Source: Camelus dromedarius | Taxonomy: Eukaryota | Assembly: GCF_036321535.1 (NCBI RefSeq) | Contig: NC_087436.1 | Location: 60,390,001 to 60,454,000 of the forward strand | Direction: 5' to 3' | DNA length: 64,000 nt | Shown here: positions 27,221 through 39,200 of the stretch, one piece after another | Position numbering within the stretch: the first letter of the stretch is position 1 | Layout: every line of letters starts with the position of its first letter | Translations under genes and position numbers: made by a program | Notes under the pieces: generated by a model | The model's database searches: none | Told to the model about the DNA's origin: nothing | The model's input: only the letters and a program-made list of their open reading frames with translations

Positions 27221-30200
27221 ATTTGTATCTATATTCTGAGAAATTTATTCTTCACTGAGGTATTCTTCAATGAGATAATGAGATTCAGAATTTAGTTTGA
27301 ATCACTTTATAGAGCAGTGACACTTTCCATGCCTTTACACATGCATTTCAATAATTCAAGGAGGATTTTATGGTATTTTATGAAAATACTGAATTTCAAT
27401 CTCTTAAAAAAAAAGTTTGAATAGAGTTTCTAAGATACATTCACCTGCATTCTTAAAGAGAGCCCCTTGTATCAGATTTCTCAATTTGAGTGCCTTGTTT
27501 TGTATGACTAGATACATACTAAACACAGTGAGATGTTTTTAGCAGTTACCAACTTTATGTTTCTAAGAGATGAGGTCTAAAAGAAATGGAGAAATAGATG
27601 AAAAAGATGAGAAAATATGTGCCATGTCAACTTTAGGTCAACAGGAGGTTCTTGCTGATTCTGAGCCACAATTCCTGGCCCTAGTCGGCTATCAACACCT
27701 CTTGGTGATCTCTTATCAACCAGTGGAAGAGAGCCTTCTTAGAGCCCTTAAAATGATCGAGTCCTTCCATCCACATCAAGCTTCTTCCGAGGTTCTCCTT
27801 GACTTTATTTTGGAAACCTGTGATTTCCTTACAACCTAGTGTGACGGCATTTTTAGTCTCCTTCTGTGCCTGCACACAGAACTTCAATACTTATACATGG
27901 TCCCTTCAGGCTGGGAACCTGCAGCTCACGCACAGTTTCCCGCAATGTGCAGCAGTAATAGAAAAGGACTGAGAGGGATGTTAATGTCACCATCAAACAT
28001 TTGACAGCAAAGCGGTCTCTTGTTTGGAAGTCGTCCTAAGTAGCGTTGACAATGACTGGGTTAAGAACAGTAGAATTACAATCTGTGACCTGGGTCACCG
28101 CAGTCTTGGTGCTGCTGTTGCTGCTCCGGTGTCCCTCTGCCAACAGCGGTGGGACTCTCAGCCTGGTTGCTCTGTATCAGCTGCTGCTGCTCCTGGGCTG
28201 GACCGAAGCAAAAAGAGAAGAGAGAGTTAAGCATGGGGGCTGCCTCATTTTTTCCAGTCCTGAGCAATGATGTGGCCGACATTCATTATCCCGTGTACTG
28301 AAGCACGATGCTCTGCGAGGACTGCAGCGTCAAGTGTTCCACCCCCATCCGCAAGGCAATGTGCTGCCGCGTCGGTGTCGGAAGTGCAAGACTCTGGTTC
28401 TGTTTGGAAAAAAATAAAATTATTCGAGTTTCCTTTTAGGTGAACCTGGACATGGGGAAGCTGTGTAAACTGGCAGACGTAAACCACCTGCATAATTGAG
28501 GCGACTCAAAATCAGCCGTGTTAAAAGCTATAGCCGCTTTATAAGCGGACTGCCACAAAGACTGCTTGTTTAACAATGCAATTTCCAGCTGCTGCCCACT
28601 TGGAAGGGAGAACTACAGGTTCTTTACTGAAAGAATACCTGTTTAAGTGATAGTGCCACAGATTTTTAAGAAATACATAGGCTCAAAACATAAGGACTGC
28701 AAGTCAAAGTAAACCATCACCCGGCACGTCTCAAATAAAAAGTGAAATTTCAGAAAAATAGAAATTCTTATCAAATAAATCTACTCTACTAAAGAATTGC
28801 TTCTCATTTCCCATGAATCAAGAAGTATTTTAAATGGCAATATAATTTTTCGAGGACAATTTGGAAGGAAGATTTATTAAATATATTGAACACATCAAGT
28901 AATGTATGTCTGTAATTTGCAGACTTCTAATGAACACTATTTATTGAAGCCTGTGGATCAGACATGAGAAAACAAGTGTTTGGTGTCTGCTTGCTTCTTC
29001 CCCTGTGAAATTATGTACCAATGAAACTGTACCTCTGGCACATGTTAATATGCTCCCTAAGGCATATGTGGCTGTGACAGTAGTACTAAAGCATCTCTAC
29101 TCCATAGAAAGTATGATATATTTGGCACTAATCTGAGTTAGTCTCCATTGTTAGATTGAATTTTGCATTGCTTTCTTCAGGGCATTGAGCTAAATTAATG
29201 AATCTTCATTCATGTCCAAGGTTTTTGTTTTGATTTCATTTCTTTTTTTTTTTTCCTCTCCGCTGCATTATAGAAAGTCCTGCATAATTGTTGATTTATT
29301 TGGTGGAAGAAGAAAATCTGCCACTGGGGAAAAGTGTACTTATTCAAGGGGGCTGCAGTAGGTGGTGAAAAGTGTTACTTTCTGCTAAGTCCTAGCAATA
29401 ATTCTTATAGTCCACATTCAGCTTAATTTATACAACTATGTCTATTAAATAATTCTGTAATTTTTAAAATCAAGGTTCCTTCTTGGATAATGTAATAAAG
29501 CATTTTCCTGGCAGCTAAAATATATCCACCCAACAAGGTAGCTAGAGGGTAAAGCTATGATTCTCAAACCAGGGGCCCTGAATCAGCTGTATCAGCGTCA
29601 CCTGGAAACCATTAAAAGTACAATTTCCAGGCTCCACCCCAGACCTGCTCATTGAAGAAACTCTGGAGTGAGGTGGCAATCTGTGGATGAACAAGCTCTC
29701 CAGGTGTCTCCAATGCACACTGAAGTTTGAGAACCACTGGAGCAGAGCATCAAGATAAATCTTCCTTAGTGACTTTCCACCTCACTACCTTCCAGTGTTC
29801 TCTTAGCAGTGGAAGAACGTTCAGGATACAACCTTGTAAGTATTTATAGCAAAAGGAACAGGTGGATTTAATGGGATGAATGAATGGTCTTTTCATTTTC
29901 TTACTGTTTACCTTTTGGAGCTAGATCATAGGAAAACAAAGAGATCTGGTGCATTGAAAGGCATATCACAACTTGGCAGGAAGAGGGAAGCGGTGCACAG
30001 TTATGGTAAAATCAAAGACCGTATTGTCTTGTGGCATACAAAACACGGTTGCTATTCAAATTTCTTTTTCTATCATGAAATTTTAATGCATATTACGTGA
30101 TTTTGCTTGTTTGTTTTTTTACGCTTTTTTTTAGAATAGTGTTTTTTCATCATGGTTAGAAATGAGAAGCATCTGTAAACTCTGGAACACGAAGTGTCCG

Positions 30201-33200
30201 TGTCGTCCATTCCCCTACCTGGGGATTATGATTCAGTAGATCTGTTCTGGGGAATTGAATATGTGTGTAGTTTTTAAAACGCTGCAGGTGATTTTGATGT
30301 ATGACCCTGCTTAAGAAGCACTAATTTAGAATCTTCTAATTCTAGTAAATAAATTCACTGTTTTAAGGCAGAAAATACCAGATATTTTTAGGTTAAAATT
30401 GCAATCCAGAAATTGACCTTCATAGATTTTTAAACCAACACACGTGCTTGTTGATAACAAGAGCATTCATTAAAGGCATGATTTATTAAAACATTGGTGA
30501 ATAAAAACCTTGAATCTCCTACCTACAATTCCATAGAGAAGCAGGCCTCTTTAAGGAGTAAGTGAAGTGGGGCAGGGGTGGAGTATGGTTAGCACATTCC
30601 CAGACCCCTCGTGTAGGTAATGCTGTCCTCTCTGTTGTTATGACACAAGCTCCCTGAAGGGGTTCTCCTAAGCATGAAAGCCTGTGAAGTGTTTGAGTTG
30701 CCTTCCCAGCAGTCAAATTTAGAGCCCGCTGACAATGTCTCAGAAATAAGAGGGCCTTTCCACTCAACACTGAGGCTCTGGCTCCTCACGCCCATCTGGT
30801 ACACTCCACATACTCCAACTTCAAGATTGTATTTAGTCAGTAAGCACCAGTGGGACCTACCAATGATTAAAATACTGAAATACAGCCATACCTATTGGCA
30901 AATATATAAAGTGTAGTAACTGATAAAGAGCTATAAAAATTATAACATTAACTTATTGCAAGTTAATTGTGAGCGCATAATGAAAGAGATATCTTGTAGG
31001 GTATGTGATAAGTGGAATTCCTATTGTAACAACATCTGAGAACTGTTTTTCAGAACTAGCAGTTTGTTGGCCCATTTCAAGCACTACATAGATTTTATGA
31101 AACATTTAATGTTTTAGCAGAATCATCAATTTACCATTATGTATGATTTATGTAGTAGTTACTTTCCAAATTGGTGCTGACTGTAGTTTACCTGTTAGTA
31201 CACACTTACTGTATCAGTACATAGTTTTTTCTAAATAGCATTAAAAATTTTACGATCAATTATTAAAAACACTGGAAAAGAGACAAAGGTTTAAATTTTC
31301 AAAGCATTTCTTTTAGATATCATAGTATGAATTTTTTGAATCTGAGGGGAAAAAAATATTATCAATAATGAAACTAGTCCTGGATTATTTAATAATACAC
31401 GGCAAAAATGAAGTTAGTCTGGAATATCTTTTGCTATGTAAAATATCAAAATAAAAAACATCAACAACTAAATATAAAACATAAATTTTTTTCTTCCTGG
31501 GTGGGGGTAGGTAATTAGGGTTTTTAAAAAAACTTTTTTAGAAGAGGTACTTGGGATTGAACCTAGGACCTCCTGCATATTAGGCAAGTGCTCTACCACT
31601 TGAGCTATATCCCCCCCTCCTTGTGTTTTTGAAATAAAAATCAACTTGATTTTCAACAAAAATCAGTGGGTCGTTTTTACTTGATATGTAAATGTTGGTT
31701 TCAAATAATGACCTAAATTTGATCATTTAAATTAAAATTACTAGATTTATTTTTTCTCATAAGGATATTCAATTTCTGTTAAAGTTCATTTGCAGTCATC
31801 AAGAGAAAAAATTAAAGAACTTTATGAAATTAGTCTTGTGAAATAAACTTTTGTAATAATAAAAATGTTCAAGTAAAGCAAAGTTTCTGAAATAATAAAA
31901 GCTTTAAAAATACTTTATCAAATGTCAATAAAAATCAATAAAATAAAAATATTTTGGAAAAAGATTAAACTTTTAAACATTATCATATAATTGGAGTAGT
32001 ACATCATTTCAGAAAAGGAAAATATTATGGAACCTACCTGACAGAATAATTCTGATATAGGTATATCACTACTAATCAGTTTTATGTTTAGCATTTGGAA
32101 AACAAGCTTCTTTATAAAAAGCAAAATGAGACTTGGTTTTCAGAAGTGATATTCTAAAAGAGATGTCAATCATTTTTTAACCTTACAAGGGGAAAAATGT
32201 TCCGCTTGTTGAGTTGGAGACATTTGGAAACTGAAAAAAAGATTTTAGATGTGAAAAATGTTTATATATACTATTTGACACAAATTAATAAGGGGTAAAT
32301 TATAGGAGAAAATATAGATTTTCTAGTAAATCATATGAAAATGGAATTTTTATGACAAAACTCAAAAATATAATAGATGTTTAAGTTCCTTGATTTATTA
32401 TGCCCTAAATTTGGCCAAATGATGTTTGCCAAGCTCTATGAATTAATTAAATAGGATATTCCTCCAAGAATTTTTATGATTTAATTGATAATAAATATAC
32501 TGAATATTAAAAAATGAACACAGTATTTAAGGGCTAAAAAAATGGAATGCAACCATTGTCAATTCAGCATTATCTAACAGATAATTCAGCAGTATGGAAA
32601 TATCATTGATGTTAAAAGAAACTACAAACTTACTGAGATTTCATGTCACCCAATGGCTCTAAATCTGGTGAAGTCTTTAAAGGAAGTTTAGGCAATTTCC
32701 TATATTAAATCATATCTCTGACAGGGACATCATTTAATTGGTGTCATCTATGTCAAAAATAAAAGAGCACACTCATAATTTGTAGAAGTTAATAAATTGT
32801 TTAGAAATTATTTGAATGATACAGTGAGTGATTTGTGTTATGCTTTAATATTCCTTGGTATGTAGTTTTGTAATATAGATAACATATGCCTTAACGTATG
32901 AAAATAAAAAGTAATGCATTCTTAATTTTTGATTTTTATATTGACTTATACATTTATACTGAGTTAGTTGTCAAATGTTTGAATATGGCTCCTTCCCACC
33001 CCCTCCTCATAATCAAGAGGCAGATTGGCTGAGGTGCTCATGATCCTGACTAAAGTGGAGTGACCTCAATAAAAGTCACAACAGCATTTTACATAGGGCT
33101 TCCTTTCAGGGATTTGGAATACTTTGCTAAAGCTTTATTATAAATAGTAAAGCATTATTTTATATTGCATTATCATATTCTGTTGAATTCAGGTCTCTTT

Positions 33201-36200
33201 CATCTCCCTCTTTACAAGGTATTGCATGTTGTATATTTAATATGAAGATTATAACATTGCATTTCATTCTGTATGCCCCATTTGAGAAGGACTAGGAAAG
33301 CAGGGAATCTCACACAAGCACACAGACACATTCACACAAGAGGAAGTAGCAGGTATATTATGTGCGCTAGGGTCATATTTGAGGGAGTACTTCATCAAGT
33401 CATAGTTGTCTCTGTGCCACCAGTCCAGGCAAGATCATGAATGGATAAGAAGTAAAACCAAACCTGGGTAAAAGGTAAAGGGTCAAGAACAGAAAGGAGA
33501 TAAAGGGAGAGAATTTACGTGTAATTGCCTATTGACATTAGGTTCAAAAGAATTTCAAGTAAGTGTCATTCCTGCGATCTGGAGAAATGTTATTGCGTTG
33601 CAAATGAGGGAATACAAAGTGACATGCTAGAGAAAATAAGCAAATTAGAAATAAGAACTAAAAAGATGAAAAAAACTTTAAAGTCAGTGACAAGTGGGAC
33701 AGGAAAATTAAGAAAGTTTTCAGGAAGAAAAACGATATATCAAAAGGGACAAAGAATAACACATAAAATTGAGAGGAAATATTTAGTTTTCTTGCATAGT
33801 AGTCTTTGGTGGGTCACACCTCCTCATGTGCTAACATAATATCTATGAAATAAAAATCAAAATTTCTCCATATTTTTGTAAAGTTATTAAAAGACTGCTT
33901 TGAAAGAAATATAATTGGAAAAATCCTTTAAATACTGAATGACAAAAATTAATGTAATTACGTGTATGCGCATAAAAATTTCCATTTGCTCTTAGCCATA
34001 GTTATTTTTAAATTAATTGTTTCAGGAGGAAATCAGTGAGGAAATTGTACTCCTAAGTAAAAGAAACCACTATTAAGCATCAAACAAAAGTCTCTGAGAT
34101 CCAGTTGTCACAGGAACCTCTTTTCTCTGGAATTCATTAGATGGAGTCTCTGCCCAGGCTGTTAAAAACCTGAAATGCCTGTTTAACAAATCCAATAGTT
34201 TGTTATCTTTTCCCTTAGCTCTGTTTCTTGACTGAAGTTCAATACTTGCATTCATCCCAAGTTCTTTCACGGAATTTAGCCAGTGGGAAAGCCCTGATGT
34301 AATCTCTGACAGTGGAGTCAGTTACTCTCCTGTGATAAAATTCCAGGTTGATCTATGCTCTTTTATTTTTTCATTTAGCAATCTTTCTATCTTCCCAATG
34401 TAGTCTCTACACAGGACTGCCACAGATTCTGGGTTTTCCAGGCAATCTATCTTATCTTACACTTAAACACAGACCTTTGCTTTGTTTCGTAGAGTGCAAA
34501 AGTTTAACTCTCTTTTTCTTGGTCCTTTCTAAGAGATTGGTGCTGAGACAGACGGGTATTTGTTTAAACCCAATATCTTTAAAAGATTTTGTGCACTTCA
34601 GAGTTTTTAAAAATTTAAAAATTGGAGTTCTTTTTTTCTGTTCTCCCAATACATCTTTTTTCCTGGCACTAAAACTCTGATCTTGGCAGATCAAGGACTC
34701 AGAGAAGCAAGGTCAGCAAGTGTGAAGAGCAGCAGCTTCCTTATTAGGTGCCCTTTCTTTCTTCCTTTCTTTTCTTTAATTAGACAGGTGTTATTTGTAA
34801 ATGTTTTTTTCTTCTTCCAGACCTTTGAGGCATGTAGAAGAAGTCATTAATGACAACTCTGTAATGAGAAAGCTTACTCATTCCCCTTAAAACCAGAAAC
34901 TTTCCTATCTGGCTTGACAACACCAGTTTCTAGTTGCTTCTTTGATATCCAGTGAGTGCTTGCATGGTGATATTCAGTACATGTGGAAAGATTTACTGAG
35001 ATTTAGTAGTTAAATAGAATTAGACAATTTGCTGCAACAAAGAATTAAGGTACCTGGTGTTTTTGACTAAATGCATCATAATTTCATTAAGCAAAATGTT
35101 TATAGGACATAATGTCCTTTTTCAAGCATTAATCACCACTGGGAAGAATTAGATATGCAAAAATGTAAGAATACAGGGTTTTTTTTCTGTTTTAAATATT
35201 ATAACTTTTATTTCATATTAATTGTAGTAATATTTAAAATAATCTTACTAGAGAAGCCCCATATTTAAAATGTTAGTGACAATAACTCTTACATAATTCA
35301 TTTAGTGTACAACATTTATGAAATGAAATATTTTTATATATTCATAACATTCATAACATGGCTGGATCATTTTATTCCATTTTTTTCAACATTTATAGTA
35401 ATCATGATAGATTTCATAAAACACAATTTTATAAAATACCTTTTTCCTAGATAGAAAATCTAATTAAAGCTGAGGATTTTTTAAATACAGATTTACAAAG
35501 TTTTCCTTTCCTCCTCTCTAATCTAACATTATTTGAACTTAAATTCCTGTCTTTCCTGTCACTAGAGCAAGCCACAACTTCCTTGTATTACTTCAGAACA
35601 TTTTAGAGACGTCTACTGGAAAAGCACATTACTGCAAATTTTATAAAATTGGTTTATAAAGTATACTGTTGCTGACATTAAAAAAAAAAGTCTTAGATAT
35701 CATATCACAAAACTAGGTCCCTTTTTGAAGACAGACTTGTTGACCCCCCCCCAAAAAGCATAACAAATGTAAAATATATCAAAACTGTTACTTTGCTGTT
35801 GGACTCAATGCTTTTTTTTTATTCCCAACAAAATTCTATTCACTTAGACTTTTTAAAACTTAGTTTCCTTTTGACAGTATGACTAATATTTTTAAGAAGC
35901 TAATCTAGAACTTATTACCAGGATTTTGATGATCTGAGTTGCAGCAAAAAGAGTATGTGTGGTGGTTCAGTAATATAATAAACAGCATACTGGGGAATAA
36001 AACAGGAAGAATTGCCCCACAGATTTTGAATCACAACATCCCCTCCTAACAGGCTGGGGATGGGTCTAGAGAGAGAGAGAAGGAAACAGAAAAAGAGAGG
36101 AGTGGAAAGTGGAAGAGGAGAAATAAATGAGGGTATAGTTATCAGCAACTCCATTTTATGACTGATATAATGATCTTTTGTATATTTAAAAGACCTCCCT

Positions 36201-39200
36201 ACTGCAATTTAAATTAAAGTGAAATAGTAACTTTCCTATTATGAAATTTATTTTGTTGTGGGAAGGAAACTTGTTGGGAAGACAAGAATTTGTAAAATTC
36301 ACATAATATTTTACACTTTTTTGATGAATCAAATAATTTCCTTTTGTTATAAAGGGCTAGCCCTGAAGTAATTATCCTGGTAGCTACATAACCAGGTTAT
36401 TCCAAACCCTTGAGGGCTCTGAAGAGATTTAAAGGCAGATCGGCCACGCTGATTATTCTTGCCATATTTGGAGGTGCTTGTCATACGAGACAGCATGGAG
36501 AGTGCTGTCAAAGGAAACATGACAATTTTCTCTCCCACATAAAAATAAAAGACTGTTGGCACATATATAAAATGTAATGAAAGGGGGAGGGGGAACTTGG
36601 CGTGTAATTGGGTAGGAATCAGAAGGAAAATATACGGAACCCCCTCCCCCACCCCAAGGGTAGATGAGAAAATGAGGAATGGTTCAAGGGACAGAGAGAC
36701 ACAGTAGTTCTTGATACTACCAGTGCATCAATCGCACTGATAAAAAATTCAACAGCTTCTCAGTACTGCAATAAAAGTGAAGACTATGATGGTCAGAATA
36801 TTGGAAAGGGCGACAGTAGGTTCTTCTGGAATCACAGTTGTATAAGAATTGATTGTACGACAGCACAACACAATGGGCATATCTTCCATCAGAAAATTAT
36901 TCCTGCCATAGATTTCAATAGAAAGATCTTCCCGCAGCAGCTTAATCAGCAGATACCTGAATTATAAGTAATTCTAATTACCATGTTGTAACAGAAAGTC
37001 ATAGTCAGAACTATTCTGGGACATTTTTGTCAATGGGGGTTCACGATAACAATTTGGAAGAGATTTCCACAGGTTGCTTCCATCAGAACACAAGGTGTCA
37101 TTAAACCATGAAACCTAAACTGAATTCAATTCAAATATTTCACATAATACTTAAAAAAGGCAATAACAGCACATGGTAGTTATTTAAAACTGTCAACGAG
37201 TTCTATTTTCTGTGTGTATATTTATAATGATGGAACTGTAGGTTTTTTTCCCCTCCTAGGTCTATAGAGTCCACCATAGTGATTAATAATCGATTAGCGG
37301 GTATAAAAGGAAGAAGCAGGAAGCAAAACAGTCCTCATCAGCTGGAACCCATGACATTCTTTGACATACAGACTTTGCTTCCTGCCACATGTCCCCATTC
37401 AGTCTCTCATGTACAATAGGGTGTGTAATGACATTCTCAATTTCTAGAAGAGTATGTTGTGAACAAACACTGAATCTTTAAGAAATGATAATGGAATTGC
37501 TATTCCTAAGATATCTTCTTCATCAGAAGAGAAATACAAAAATTAATCTTAGGCTTTAGAAATATAATTCTAAATGCCCTCCAGAACTCTTCACCATCTG
37601 CCATATAAGGTTATAAACAAATACGTTTTACCACTCTGAGTATATCTGTGCACCTTGTGGAAATCAGCAGTCCTTTGAAAGCAGGGTCCTTTTTTGGAGT
37701 TTTTTTTAGAATATGCGAAATTACCTTGTTTCCAAATATTTTGATATTAGGTGATACTTTGTTTAAAACTTTTTTTATCTGATTATAAAAGAAGTGCATA
37801 TTCATGCTGTACTCTAAACATGCATTAAATTTTTTATAACCTCTCTGAAATTTAAGCCAGACCCAGAATAAATAGTGTTACAGTGAAATTTGCCTACAGA
37901 TTCTCACTGAATGGGCTAGAACCATATACAATAACCCTAACTAAACTGCAGGTTTCCTAGAGCTTTTGTATTACAGCTTTCTTTTTTTAAAAAAATGTGA
38001 ATCATAATGGTTTCTCCACACTTACATTAATTTTTAATCACAGTCTCTTACACTGCTGATTGAATCCCCCACTGCTGCTAATGGCCTTTCTTGTAATATT
38101 CATTCATTTAAAATATGTATGCTGATGCCATGTCTTATTTTCCAAAGGAAACCTGTTTAAAGCTGAAAGCAAAATAATGGTCACATGGATGTTAGGCCAC
38201 AGCAGGTTACCATGTGTTTGATCAGCCTGCCACCAGAAAATCCTTAAAATCTGTTGAAAAAGTGGCTCCATTAGGATATTTTGAAAAAAGCAGAATTATT
38301 CATGACACATTCATGTATTCTTTAAAACCAAATTTCATTCATAGACCATATTGTTTCAAATAACTGAACTGGAACAAAACTAGAGGGTAAACCTATTTTT
38401 ACATGGAGTCACTTCTAATGATAGTTTATTTAAAAGTATAAAATAAAGAATTCTGATATTTTAATAAGGCACATCTCTATGGCATATAGCTAAGAACATG
38501 TAAGATATTTAGTCAGATCTCCAGTTATCCATCATTGAGACCAACATAAAAATCAAGTTAAAGGATACCTTATGAGAGTTTAGGGTGCAAGAATAGCTCC
38601 CAGGTTAGGAAGCTCTAGAAAAGTAACAGTCTTGATCATTTCGCTATGTGTTAATTAACTTTGGTTCAAGAGGGAAATGCAACCCTTAACCGAAATCAGT
38701 TGCTTATTCTTCAGAAGTTTCAAGCCTTTAATTGTTACTACAAAACTAACATTAGAATTTACCTTTTAGCTGACATTTTGGGCCACTGAATCCAGGACAG
38801 CATTTCCATTCCAAAGAGGTCACAATTTTATGTTGCATCCTGTAGATAGGATTTGATATCTTCTGTGATCTAGAGAGGAGAGCAATTGGGGGAAAACTGA
38901 TCATTTGTCTCACATGAAATTATCAATTGGAATAATTAAAGTGTTTGAAACAATGCCTGAAATATGAGCGTCCAGTAAGTGTTATTTGTTATTCTTCTTC
39001 TCATTATAATAATGAGAATTTGAATTGAATTTCTTTAGACACATTACAAAAAAGATTAAGGGTTATACTCGTTGGTATTTTAAATTCATACCTATCATTA
39101 AATTTTTTAAAGATATGATAACTTTTCCCCTGATAATGCTTTTCACTAAACCAATGTTGAAACTTATTTTAATCTTAATTTTTAAATAGTTTAAGAGGGT

